Origin: Spirochaetota bacterium | GTDB lineage: Bacteria; Spirochaetota; UBA4802; UBA5550 | NCBI GenBank assembly: GCA_963664815.2 | Contig: CAXXHB010000002.1 | Location: forward strand, 768,001-832,000 | Direction of reading: 5' to 3' | DNA length: 64,000 nt | Shown: positions 29,362-39,588 of the stretch, in pieces | Layout: each line of letters begins with the position of its first letter | Numbering within the stretch: position 1 is the stretch's first letter | Notes under the pieces: generated by a model | Databases searched by the model: none | What the model was told of the DNA's origin: nothing | Seen by the model: only the letters and a program-made list of their open reading frames with translations | Made by a program: the position numbers and the translations under genes

Positions 29362-30585
29362 TTACCTCTGTTTCCGAATCGGAATTGCGTCACGAATTTC
29401 TCTATCAATAATAGATTTTTTATAATCTTCAAGGTTTATTACCGGGGCAATATACTCTTTAATCCTTTCAGGTTCTTCGATATATGATGCCAGTTCATTT
29501 TCTGGCTCAATTTCACCAAGTAGTTCTACAGTTATATATTCGTCTTCGTCGGGAGGAGTTTCATGTATCTTGATCGGAAGAACTTCCCCGGGTATTTTGT
29601 TATGGATAACTATCCCACTATTGCGTGATATGGTGACAGAATTTCCGGTTTCATCCTCTTCAACTATGTCATTATCAAAATCATCCTCTATGATGAAATC
29701 CATATCATGGTCTATGGTATTACTGTCTGGGAAAATAGTGTGTGAATCTTCCTGATCGTGAGTTATATCAGCTATTGTTAACGGGATATTCGGAGGAGTT
29801 TCTGTCAATAAAATTAAATTTTGATCGGTTAACGACTTTAAAGCATTTTTCTGTATTGAACGGTATCTGAAAAGTATAATTAATGAGACAAAAAAAGAGA
29901 TTATCATGGAAGCCATAACAACCAGAATTGAGTAGTGTTTTGCCTGATTTATTGATTCATTAATTGATGCATAAACACGGTCTTTACTTACTATAAAGTT
30001 TACAGTTCCAACCGGTTTATCTTTAAAATAAACAGCCTTGGTAAATAGCCAACCAGTGCTGTTTAAGTCTTTATAGACGTATTTCTTTAAGAAATCTTTT
30101 TCATTACGCTTAAACGGGATTATTTTGTTTATAATATTATAATTATTCAGAATAAGATCTCTGTTTTTCGTTTTAACGGGAAATAGAATCATATCAAGAT
30201 TGTACGACATTTCATCGCTGGCTATGTTACCTATAAGCTCCTTTTCTATTGTTGTACTTGAGTGTACAATTAATTTCCCATCATTGAGTACAAAAAAAGC
30301 TTCATCAATTGTGCTTTCTTCAATTTTTTCATGAAAGAGAGTTTTTAAAGAGGAGTATTTTTTTGTGGAATAACTGAATTCAGCAACTCTTGTGAAAGCC
30401 TCAGCCATTGTTTTTGAATAGTTAATTGTATATTTTTCAATTTTTGATAGATTCCTTTTTCCGGAAAAATAAAAATATGATACAACCCCTGCTGTTCCTA
30501 TTATGGATTCCGCGATAAACATTAGCAGAAAAATGCCAACTGGAAAGAATAACCTTTTAAGCTTTGTTTTTTTAGGTTTTGTCAT
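29362..30585 (-). CDS. Hypothetical two-TM protein with periplasmic sensor-like domain and acidic cytoplasmic tail
   Basis: TM1, Cache/PAS-like segment (AFFVLNDGKLIVHS), TM2, D/E-rich tail. Confidence 0.7.
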   Translation of the reverse strand: MTKPKKTKLKRLFFPVGIFLLMFIAESIIGTAGVVSYFYFSGKRNLSKIEKYTINYSKTMAEAFTRVAEFSYSTKKYSSLKTLFHEKIEESTIDEAFFVLNDGKLIVHSSTTIEKELIGNIASDEMSYNLDMILFPVKTKNRDLILNNYNIINKIIPFKRNEKDFLKKYVYKDLNSTGWLFTKAVYFKDKPVGTVNFIVSKDRVYASINESINQAKHYSILVVMASMIISFFVSLIILFRYRSIQKNALKSLTDQNLILLTETPPNIPLTIADITHDQEDSHTIFPDSNTIDHDMDFIIEDDFDNDIVEEDETGNSVTISRNSGIVIHNKIPGEVLPIKIHETPPDEDEYITVELLGEIEPENELASYIEEPERIKEYIAPVINLEDYKKSIIDREIRDAIPIRKQR

Positions 30586-30715
30586 AGTATACTCTGTTAT
30601 TGCTTTTTAGAAAACTGAATTTCCTGCCGGAAGCTATATGCCGGCTTTATTTAAACTACCAGTTTATATCAGCTTAAGTAGCTGATTGTTAACTGAAGTG
30701 AGAAATCCATTTATA

Positions 30716-30743
30716 ATATCGGTAATATGTTAATTTCGATTGA
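30716..30743 (-). promoter_or_regulatory. Sigma28-like promoter TCAA-N16-ACCGATAT
   Basis: Resembles the FliA consensus; upstream of 29362..30585. Confidence 0.4.
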
Positions 30744-30779
30744 TAAAAAAAGGTCATTAATATCGTATGTTTTATTATT

Positions 30780-31466
30780 ATGAAGCAGGAAATTATAAAT
30801 AATAAAGAGCTTCTTGAGGCTTGGGATTGGGAGACAGGAAAACCGGCAGGGGTCAGCATTACACGCGGAGAGTCCTACAGAACAGGAACACCTCACGAAG
30901 GTGTACATCTTTGGATAGGCAGAAATACCGGAGAAGATGTTGAGATATTATTTCAACATCGGGCAAAAGATAAAGCTCTTTATCCCGATTGCCTTGATAT
31001 TACAGTTGGTGGACATGTTCCTTTCGGAGAGGATAAAGACAATAGAAGTAAAATCGGTAAAGAAGCTATGGAAGAAATTGGAATATTACTTGATGATGTG
31101 GAACTTGTTGATCTTGGTTACTGTCGGTTTGAAGAAAAAACGGAGGACTATCACCACAGGGAATTTCAGCATGTATATATTCTTGCTGACCAAAGGCCTC
31201 TGGATGCTTATTGCTTTAATGATGGTGAGGTAATCGGGTTATATGCTGTGCCATCACTTTTTGTTGAAATGCTTATGATGGAAGATAATTTCAGGATTGT
31301 TGATGGCTTTAATGGGCAAACGATCATAAAAAAATTCCTGTCAAGGAAAGACTTTCATCCGATGCTTTTTAATGGAAGAATGAGAGTTTACATGTCAATC
31401 GTAATCCGTGCTATAAGAGAATTAGTGAAGACAGGGAAAGTTACTGTTAAAATGCCTGAATTATGA
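30780..31466 (+). CDS. NUDIX hydrolase (IPP isomerase-like fold)
   Basis: HEGVHLWI, QHRA..K..YP..LDITVGGHV, EAMEEIG. Confidence 0.85.
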   Translation: MKQEIINNKELLEAWDWETGKPAGVSITRGESYRTGTPHEGVHLWIGRNTGEDVEILFQHRAKDKALYPDCLDITVGGHVPFGEDKDNRSKIGKEAMEEIGILLDDVELVDLGYCRFEEKTEDYHHREFQHVYILADQRPLDAYCFNDGEVIGLYAVPSLFVEMLMMEDNFRIVDGFNGQTIIKKFLSRKDFHPMLFNGRMRVYMSIVIRAIRELVKTGKVTVKMPEL

Positions 31467-31556
31467 AAAGTGATCACTTTGATGAAGCTAATTTACTTCA
31501 ACCCGCTCTGAAAAATAATACGACTGAAGCGAGAGCTTAATATCTTAAATATAATA

Positions 31557-32579
31557 ATGGATATTATGGAAGAGATAACATTTGAAGAATCACAAAAAAT
31601 AAAAAATCCATTGTATGTAGATGTTAGAGCTCCTATCGAGTATAATGAAGATCACATTCCAGGAGCGGTTAATCTTCCGATATTTAATGATGAAGAGAGA
31701 AAAGAAGTGGGCACACTCTACAAAATGGTCGGGAGAGAGGATGCTGTAAAACGTGGAACTGAAATCGGAGGAAAAAGAATTACCGAAATAGTCAATTCAT
31801 TGATACAGAATAAAGAAAAAGAAATTATTATTTACTGTGCCAGGGGAGGGATGAGATCGGGAGCCGTTGCGTCTTTAATAAACTCACTTGGTATAAAGAC
31901 ATACAAAATTAAAGAAGGATACAGGGCATTCAGAAAATTTGTTATAGACCAACTTTCCACTATGGAAATTAAACCCAGAGTTTTTGTTCTCCAGGGATTC
32001 ACCGGGGCTGGTAAAACAGAAATATTAAAAATTCTTTCAAACTCGGTTGATCTTGAGGGAATGGCTGGACATAGAAGTTCGTTATTCGGAGGGATAGGAC
32101 TTAAACAGAACAGTCAAAAGTGTTTTGAAACACTTCTGTGGCAGAGGCTTGAACAGTTAAAAGACGAACAATTTATAATATTTGAAGGAGAATCTAAAAA
32201 AGTGGGAAACCTTCATATTCCTGACAATATTTTCAAACAGATGAAGGAAGCTGCAGCTATTTATATTGATGCTTCCATTGAAAGACGAATTGAAATAATA
32301 AGGAAAGAATATACCGGATTTAATGAAGATGAAAAAATTTTATCAACAGTCAACTCTCTTAAAAGCAAGCTGGGAGTAAAAAAAACTGATAAACTAACTG
32401 AACTTTATAATGGTGGGTATCTCGATGAGTTTATCAGGATACTTCTTCTTGATTACTATGATTTGTTATACAGGCATACCCTTGACAGGATCGATTACCT
32501 TTCAAGAATAAATAATACAGAAACAGTTGAAGCTTCCAGAAAAGTTATAGATGTAATTACAAATTCCCTGTCTGGTTAG
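31557..32579 (+). CDS. mnmH: tRNA 2-selenouridine synthase
   Basis: Rhodanese DVRAPIEY..DHIPGA, YCARGGMRS, P-loop GFTGAGKT, DLEGMAGHRSS, EGES. Confidence 0.92.
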   Translation: MDIMEEITFEESQKIKNPLYVDVRAPIEYNEDHIPGAVNLPIFNDEERKEVGTLYKMVGREDAVKRGTEIGGKRITEIVNSLIQNKEKEIIIYCARGGMRSGAVASLINSLGIKTYKIKEGYRAFRKFVIDQLSTMEIKPRVFVLQGFTGAGKTEILKILSNSVDLEGMAGHRSSLFGGIGLKQNSQKCFETLLWQRLEQLKDEQFIIFEGESKKVGNLHIPDNIFKQMKEAAAIYIDASIERRIEIIRKEYTGFNEDEKILSTVNSLKSKLGVKKTDKLTELYNGGYLDEFIRILLLDYYDLLYRHTLDRIDYLSRINNTETVEASRKVIDVITNSLSG

Positions 32580-32951
32580 ATTTAATCCATTTTCGTCATA
32601 TATTATTCAATTATGATTAATCTCCTGAAAATTAAATCATCATGTTTACTCTAAATTTTCTATCATTTCCAGGCTAATTTTTTATATAATAAATTATGCA
32701 AATGACATTAATTTTACATAACCAAATTAAATCACTCATAATAATTAATAAAAATGTAATTAAAGAACAGAAGAAGTTTTAACGTCACAGATATTACTAA
32801 AAAAAAGAACAGGAGCTGTTTTTATATATGTTATACCTATGGATTTTTTAATCAATTAACTTTTTTAAGAGCAGGATAATAATTGACATTTGGAGCTTGT
32901 TCTTATATTTTTAAAATAATAAAATTTTTACAGGAAATTAATGGGGGTCGT

Positions 32952-33518
32952 ATGAAAAAAATTGCATCTTTTGTACTTTTTTTGTTTTTAGTTAGTTGTG
33001 GTGGGGGAACACAATATCAGGATGTTGATAAGGCTGAAGGTTCCGGAGAGTGGGGCCCGAAAGAGATAAAAATTACTGTTAATAAAATGGTTACTTCTCT
33101 TTATTCATTTTTAAAAGACGAATATAAAAAACCAGCATTTTTACAGGTTAAAAAATTCCGCAACAGAACATCGGAACATATTGATACTGAACTAATTACC
33201 AGTGAAATTCAGACAAAGCTAATACAAAAAAGAATAAAATTTATTGATGATTCACTCGAAGCGGATGCTTTAAAGGAAATTGAAAAAGGTATGACTGGGA
33301 TGGTTGATCCTGAAAGCGCTATTCCTGCTGGTGAACTCAAATCTCCGAATTTTTATCTTACAGGTGATATCAGCGACAATGTAAGAGAAGTAAAGGGGCG
33401 AAGAGTACAGTACCTTAAAGTTACCCTTAAACTGATAAACCCTAAAACTAATGTAACAGAGTGGTCAGATCAGCAGGAATTCTTAAAATCCTCTAAAAGT
33501 GACAAGATCAGTTTCTGA
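32952..33518 (+). CDS. LpoB-like lipoprotein (PBP activator family)
   Basis: LVSC lipobox and NRTSEHID motif. Start set at ATG 32952. Confidence 0.82.
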   Translation: MKKIASFVLFLFLVSCGGGTQYQDVDKAEGSGEWGPKEIKITVNKMVTSLYSFLKDEYKKPAFLQVKKFRNRTSEHIDTELITSEIQTKLIQKRIKFIDDSLEADALKEIEKGMTGMVDPESAIPAGELKSPNFYLTGDISDNVREVKGRRVQYLKVTLKLINPKTNVTEWSDQQEFLKSSKSDKISF

Positions 33519-33544
33519 TCTTGCATTATACTCAGGAGAAAACT

Positions 33545-34948
33545 ATGAAAAAAATAATACGGTTGATACCGGCATTACTGATAATTTTTGCGTTAGCTTC
33601 ATGCTCTTCGAAAAACTATAACCAGGAAATGCAGGCATCAGAGGATATGTTTTACAAAGGACAGTATCTGGATGCTGCAAGACTTCTTTTGCCAAATGTT
33701 AATAGTGCAGGGAAGGATTCACTTCTTTTTATGATGGAATGTGGTCTTATGCTTCATACAGGCGGTGATTATGAAACAAGCAATAAGCTTATGTTGAAAG
33801 CCGGTAAAGTTGCTCAGATAATTCCTATCAGCGTGAGCCAGCAAATAGAGTCTTTTGCAACAAATGATACCAATGCAAACTATAGAGGTGAGGATTTTGA
33901 GAAGGTTCTTATTCATGTATATGCGGGTATCAACTTTTTGATGCTCGGGGATTATGATGGAGCAAGAGTTGAGTTCAAATATATAAATAATGAATTGGCA
34001 AAAATCAAAAATGAGAATGAAGAAGCAAAATATAAGCAGAATGCAATGGCGAAGTATCTCGCAGCAATTGCATTTGAGATTGTCGGAGAGAAAAATAACG
34101 ATAAAAATGATATAGAAACTGCATATATTGAATATAAACAAGTCTATGAACTCAATCCTGCCATGACAATGGTTAGAGATGATCTCCTCCGCGTTTCCAA
34201 ACTTCTCGAATATGATGATGATTATGCAGAATGGAAAAGTAAATTCAAAAAAAACTATAATGAAGATCCGGATTCCGGTGAGTTGATAACTATCTTCCAA
34301 TCGGGTAGAAGTGCCATCAAGAAATCGAGAGGACCACTGATGAATGATCCCGGCATGACACCTGCAATCAATATAATTGTCAATAATCCAAAAAATCTTA
34401 ATCTTGGTATAACAGCTGCAGGTGTGACTGTTGCACTTAAAACTGCGGAAAATCCAATCCCAAAATTTCAGAAGAGATCAAATAAAGTTGACAGAGTTAA
34501 AGTAGAAGCTGGTGGGAAAACTATCAATACAACAATGCTTGAAGATGTGGAAAATACAGCAGTCAGGAACCTTGAAGATGATTATAAAACGCTTTATAAG
34601 AGAGTTGCTCTGGCCATAACGACAAAAGTAGTAATTTCAATGGGGGTCGGAATTGGAGCTAAAAAAGTAGCAGAACAGTTTAAACAAACTAAGGCTTTCG
34701 CGAGCGTTATAGGAACACTTGCTGGTACAGGTACCGGAGTAGCTCTATTTTCACAGATGAAACCTGATCTCAGGTGCTGGCATACTCTTCCGGCAAATTT
34801 TCAGCTGGGTCGGATGAACCTGAAACCTGGGAAACAGAAGTTGAATTTTATTCTTATAGGTGATGGAGGAATTGTAGACCGGGTTGAAAAAGAAGTTGAA
34901 ATTAAAAAAGGAGAAAAGACACTGGTAAACTTGAGAACGCTTTTTTAA
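33545..34948 (+). CDS. COG3014-like TPR lipoprotein
   Basis: LASC lipobox, YRGEDFE, ARVEF, DLRCWHTLP; this family usually neighbours lpoB. Confidence 0.8.
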   Translation: MKKIIRLIPALLIIFALASCSSKNYNQEMQASEDMFYKGQYLDAARLLLPNVNSAGKDSLLFMMECGLMLHTGGDYETSNKLMLKAGKVAQIIPISVSQQIESFATNDTNANYRGEDFEKVLIHVYAGINFLMLGDYDGARVEFKYINNELAKIKNENEEAKYKQNAMAKYLAAIAFEIVGEKNNDKNDIETAYIEYKQVYELNPAMTMVRDDLLRVSKLLEYDDDYAEWKSKFKKNYNEDPDSGELITIFQSGRSAIKKSRGPLMNDPGMTPAINIIVNNPKNLNLGITAAGVTVALKTAENPIPKFQKRSNKVDRVKVEAGGKTINTTMLEDVENTAVRNLEDDYKTLYKRVALAITTKVVISMGVGIGAKKVAEQFKQTKAFASVIGTLAGTGTGVALFSQMKPDLRCWHTLPANFQLGRMNLKPGKQKLNFILIGDGGIVDRVEKEVEIKKGEKTLVNLRTLF

Positions 34949-34963
34949 ATACAGGTCGAAATA

Positions 34964-36820
34964 ATGGTGCAAAATTTTAAAATAGAAGCGGGAGAAAAGG
35001 AATCTCCCGTTTCTATTAATAAAGATATTCTTAACCACCTTTTATATCCTGCATGTATTATTTCCTCAAAAAGTATTCTGGTATATGCCAACAACTCTTT
35101 TTTTCAATTTTTTGGGATGGATTGCAGAGAAAGTAAGTTTGATTGGCCTAATGTATTTAATAATGAACATAAAAAATTTGTGGCTCAAACCTATGTAAAA
35201 GCTCTTAACGGTGCCTTTTCGAGTTGTGATGTGGAAGTAAAAACATCTGAAAAAGAGACTATTCCTGTTGAATTAATAATGCAGCCTGTTCTTGATAAAG
35301 GTATCATTCAAAGTGTAATGATATTGATTAGAATCCATGATGACAATAGAAAAATAAGCCAGTCATCAATCAACAAACATGAGGATATAAATAATACTGG
35401 GCATTATGAGTTTTCTCCACTACCATTAATGAGATTCAGTAAAGAACTTCAAATATTACGGTGCAGCAGATCTTTCGAAGGAACGCTGGGATATAGTATT
35501 GATGAAATATCAAAAGATAATTCTGGTATAAATATTCTGTTTAAATATGATTCTGAAAAAATAAAAAATCATATACTTGAGATATTAAAAGGCAATATTC
35601 CATTCAAAAGGATTGGTGAGATTAAAGTACGAACCAAAGAGGGTGATGAAAAGATTGTAAATGTGATTATTTATCCGGTACTGCGTGAAAATGAAATTAT
35701 TGCGATAGACCTTATAATGGAGGATATAACACGAGTAAGAGAACTGAAAGAACGATTGAGTTCTGCCAAACGACTTAATCTGGTAAGTGATATTGGAAAA
35801 GGTTTTATACACTCTATAAACAATACTGTTAATGTAATATTGAATCAAACACAGCTTTTGCAGATAATTACCGAAAAAGATACTGTTTATGAGGGACTGG
35901 AACAAATTGAAAAATATGTTCATGAAATAATTGATCAGTTGAGAAGAATTCTGGGATTTATTGATGATAGGACTGAATCTTCAGAAGATGTGGAAGAATC
36001 TTTTGATAATATTGTTAACGATGCAATAGAATTTGCCAGGATACATTTCAAGGTAGAAGAAGGAAAAAAAAGACGGATAATCACCATAGAAAAAAATCCT
36101 GGTTTTGAAATGGCTGTAAAGACTGATACAGGTTTTCTGAGAGAACTTTTGATCTGGGCTGTTTTAAAAGTATCCGCCTATGCAGGGAAAAAAGGACAGA
36201 TTCAGGTTGATCTAAAAAAATCAACCTTCGTGTATTTAACAATTCTTGTTAATAAGCAGAATGGATTTGATAAAGAAAACATCATCCCATTCACGCTAGA
36301 TGGATTCTCCCCTTCAGAGATAAGAAATGCTGCTGAAAAATTGAATCTGAAAATACTTGAAGAAGAATCTGTTGAACAATATTCCATAAAAATAATTTTT
36401 CCACAAAGGATGATTGTTGAGAATAATGATATAATCAAGGGGAAGCAGGAGTACGCAATCCAGGATAAAGATATTATGATTGTAGAGGACGAAAAAGCTC
36501 TCCAAATGATCCTTGGAAATCTGTTTGAAAGAATGGGTAATCGTGTTTTTATTACCGACAACGGTAACGAGGCATTTGAAGAATTCAAACGTAAGAATTA
36601 TAATATTGTTATTACAGATTATGATGTATCAGGTTATACAGGTATTGAACTCTCGGCTAGAGTTAAGGAAATAAATGAAGATACTCTCACTATACTTCTT
36701 TCCGGGTGGTCGCTTGATCTTAAAGGGTATACCGGTTTTATAGATTTATTCATGGCAAAACCTTTTAACATTGAGGATTTAATCAAGGGAATTTCAAGTT
36801 TAAATTTACTTAAAGATTAG
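34964..36820 (+). CDS. PAS-PAS-HisKA-receiver protein with degenerate ATPase domain
   Basis: Two PAS domains, FIHSINN H-box, receiver (IVEDE, ITDY, LSG, KPF); no N/G1/G2 boxes. Confidence 0.8.
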   Translation: MVQNFKIEAGEKESPVSINKDILNHLLYPACIISSKSILVYANNSFFQFFGMDCRESKFDWPNVFNNEHKKFVAQTYVKALNGAFSSCDVEVKTSEKETIPVELIMQPVLDKGIIQSVMILIRIHDDNRKISQSSINKHEDINNTGHYEFSPLPLMRFSKELQILRCSRSFEGTLGYSIDEISKDNSGINILFKYDSEKIKNHILEILKGNIPFKRIGEIKVRTKEGDEKIVNVIIYPVLRENEIIAIDLIMEDITRVRELKERLSSAKRLNLVSDIGKGFIHSINNTVNVILNQTQLLQIITEKDTVYEGLEQIEKYVHEIIDQLRRILGFIDDRTESSEDVEESFDNIVNDAIEFARIHFKVEEGKKRRIITIEKNPGFEMAVKTDTGFLRELLIWAVLKVSAYAGKKGQIQVDLKKSTFVYLTILVNKQNGFDKENIIPFTLDGFSPSEIRNAAEKLNLKILEEESVEQYSIKIIFPQRMIVENNDIIKGKQEYAIQDKDIMIVEDEKALQMILGNLFERMGNRVFITDNGNEAFEEFKRKNYNIVITDYDVSGYTGIELSARVKEINEDTLTILLSGWSLDLKGYTGFIDLFMAKPFNIEDLIKGISSLNLLKD

Positions 36821-36822
36821 AT

Positions 36823-37806
36823 TCAAATAATTGCGTTAATTTTTTCAACATCATTAATCTTCCCAAGCATAACTATTACATCATTGACTTCAAGTATTTC
36901 ATTTGGCTGAGGATTGAACTTCATTTCTCCGTTGGCTTTTTTAATCAGTACTATAATTACTCCATAATCTTTACGCAGATTACTTTCGATAAGAGTTTTT
37001 CCTATATAATGGGATTTGGAGCTGATCTTTGCCTCCTCCATTCTCAAGCCGAGCTTGTCATCCATGGTGGCAATATCGATAAAATCAACTACAGTGGGCC
37101 TTACTAGCATCTGGGCCATTCTCTGTCCACCAATAAGATAGGGAGAAACAACTTTGTCAGCGCCAGCACTTATTAGCTTTTTTTCATTTTTTGCATCAGA
37201 CGCTCTTGCCATGATATAAATATCAGGACGGAGCATTTTTGCGGTGAGAGTTATAAACACATTATCAGCATCGGTCATTACTGCTGTGACTAAACCCTTG
37301 GCTCTCATGATTCCGGCGTTGATAAGAGTATTTTCATCTGAAGCATCAAGGAGGAGATATGGAACTGATATAGCTTCAAGCTCTGGAATTCGTTTTGAAT
37401 TGTTTTCAAGAACAATTACTTTTTCATTATTTTTTAATAATTCTTTTGTTATAAGTTTTCCTATTCGGCCGAATCCGCATATTATAAAATGATTTTTTAG
37501 TTTTAAAATTTTTTTTGCCACTTTTTTTCTCCCGAGTCTTTCACTTATTTCTCCTTCAATCAACATTCTGATAAAGGTACCGAGTGTATAACCGGCAATT
37601 GTTATGCCGAATATTATGATAAAAATGGTAATAACACGTCCTGTTCCGGAAAGAGGTTGGACTTCTCCAAACCCTACAGTACTTATTGTGATAGCAGTCA
37701 TGAATATGGAATCAGAAAACGACATTCCTTCTATGAAATGATAGGCAAGTATTCCTGAAGCACATGTAGATATAAACAGATAAAATGATATACGTAATCG
37801 TCGCAA
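36823..37806 (-). CDS. Potassium channel protein with TrkA-N/TrkA-C (RCK) domains
   Basis: TISTVGFGE selectivity filter; ICGFGRIG. Confidence 0.93.
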   Translation of the reverse strand: MRRLRISFYLFISTCASGILAYHFIEGMSFSDSIFMTAITISTVGFGEVQPLSGTGRVITIFIIIFGITIAGYTLGTFIRMLIEGEISERLGRKKVAKKILKLKNHFIICGFGRIGKLITKELLKNNEKVIVLENNSKRIPELEAISVPYLLLDASDENTLINAGIMRAKGLVTAVMTDADNVFITLTAKMLRPDIYIMARASDAKNEKKLISAGADKVVSPYLIGGQRMAQMLVRPTVVDFIDIATMDDKLGLRMEEAKISSKSHYIGKTLIESNLRKDYGVIIVLIKKANGEMKFNPQPNEILEVNDVIVMLGKINDVEKINAII

Positions 37807-37934
37807 AGCTTTATCCTGTGAATTTGTTAAGATAAATTAAAATCAAAATGTTATTGCCTGAATGATAATAATTATTTCAATATGGGTTTCCTAATGGAGA
37901 TAGGAATTTTTTACAATCATAAAAAGTATAATAT

Positions 37935-38591
37935 ATGAATTTAAAAAACAAGACTATTCTTTTATTTATTCTGATAATATTTTTCTCAAGCTGTTCAGGT
38001 GGTGATAAAATTTTATTTTATCGTGCTTCTGAGAGAGCGGATGTAGAAATTGTAGAAGGAAAAGCAGGATTGATAAGAACTGTTTATTGTGATATATATA
38101 TTGAGTATGTTGACAGAACCGGCTGGGAGTATTTAAAAAAATTTAATTTATTTAAGGGTAAAGGTAAGAGTTTTCCGGTTAATCCATGTTTTCATTTCAT
38201 TATCGTTAATACATGGAACAAACCATTTATTGTGGATAAAATTGAAGCGTCATATAAAGGTGAAATAATTCCATCCGAAAATTTCCTCTTTATAAAAGAT
38301 GAAAGTTATCTAGAGAAAAGGTTTTCAGTGAAAATAAAGCCTTTCCTGAAAAAAAGAAGAATTTTGTCTGATAGTGAGCTTCTTAGTACTATTGATTTTG
38401 AAAAAGATACACTTGAGTACAGGCTGGATTTTATAGCTCCTGGAGACAGAATTTCTTTTTTCACTTTTTTTCGGAGAGTTCCTTTTGGTAAAACTTCAAA
38501 GATAAGAGTGGCTATAAAATATTTTGATATAAAAAAAGTTATTGATTTTGATATAGGTCGTTTTGATTATAATGAAATCGAAAATATGTAG
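37935..38591 (+). CDS. Hypothetical lipoprotein
   Basis: Signal peptide with FSSC lipobox. Confidence 0.7.
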   Translation: MNLKNKTILLFILIIFFSSCSGGDKILFYRASERADVEIVEGKAGLIRTVYCDIYIEYVDRTGWEYLKKFNLFKGKGKSFPVNPCFHFIIVNTWNKPFIVDKIEASYKGEIIPSENFLFIKDESYLEKRFSVKIKPFLKKRRILSDSELLSTIDFEKDTLEYRLDFIAPGDRISFFTFFRRVPFGKTSKIRVAIKYFDIKKVIDFDIGRFDYNEIENM

Positions 38592-38614
38592 TAACTGATG
38601 GAGTTCATGGAAGA

Positions 38615-38902
38615 ATGAAAATTGTTGAAAATGATATAATAAAAGTTGCAAAACTTGCAAGAATTGAACTTTCTCCGGAAGAAAAGGATGAATACTCAAG
38701 GCAATTGAGTGGTATTATTGAATATGTTGAAAAAATTAATGAAATAGATACTTCAACTGTTGAAATTGCTGATCATATAGTTGAGATTAATAACGTATTC
38801 AGAAAAGATATTATTAAAAAATCCATTGATCGTGAAGAACTGAAAAAAATCGCCCCTGATTATAAAGATGGCTATATTGTAGTACCGAAAATTATTGAGT
38901 AA
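38615..38902 (+). CDS. gatC: Asp/Glu-tRNA amidotransferase subunit C
   Basis: KVAKLARIEL, EIDT..VE, NVFRKD, GYIVVPKII. Confidence 0.92.
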   Translation: MKIVENDIIKVAKLARIELSPEEKDEYSRQLSGIIEYVEKINEIDTSTVEIADHIVEINNVFRKDIIKKSIDREELKKIAPDYKDGYIVVPKIIE

Positions 38903-38903
38903 A

Positions 38904-39479
38904 ATGTATACAGATTTCAAACGACTTTTTATTGCACTTCCGGTTGATGATGAAAAACAGATAAAGAATATTGAGCATACGTATGATAATTTAAAAAAGT
39001 ATGATTCATTTCTCAAAATTGTTCCAAAGCAAAACTTTCATATCACAGTTAAATTTTTAGGTTCAGTAAAATCAGATATTGCAGAATCCCTCAGAACTTC
39101 TTTCCTGACACTTAATCACTTGAAGAAAATTGAATACAGAATAGAAAATATTGGAGCTTTCCCTTCACACAATAATCCTTCGGTTATCTGGGCCGGGTTG
39201 AAATGTGAAGATAAATCTTTGTATGAAATTATACATGCTGTTGAAAGTTTAACATCAACATTCGGATTTACCGTTGAAAAAAGAAAATTTGTTCCACACC
39301 TGACACTTGCAAGGGTAAAAAAAGAATGTAATGTTTCCAGTGAATTTAAAGAATATTTAAAGGATGAGTTATCTTTACCAATAATAAAGACCTTTTTTCG
39401 TGAGCTTGTTCTTTTTGAATCTATATTAAAGAATACTGGACCGGAATATAGAAAAATTGAAGTAATAAACCTGATTTAA
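38904..39479 (+). CDS. thpR: RNA 2',3'-cyclic phosphodiesterase (2H family)
   Basis: RLFIAL and the two HxT motifs HITVKFLG and PHLTLAR. Confidence 0.9.
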   Translation: MYTDFKRLFIALPVDDEKQIKNIEHTYDNLKKYDSFLKIVPKQNFHITVKFLGSVKSDIAESLRTSFLTLNHLKKIEYRIENIGAFPSHNNPSVIWAGLKCEDKSLYEIIHAVESLTSTFGFTVEKRKFVPHLTLARVKKECNVSSEFKEYLKDELSLPIIKTFFRELVLFESILKNTGPEYRKIEVINLI

Positions 39480-39588
39480 AAAAGAAGCCATTATTTTTAA
39501 TTGATTAATTACTATACGAGGATAGTCTGGTATCAGCTATAGTAATTTTCTACCTCCGGGATTTTAATAATAATTATGAGAGGATTTA

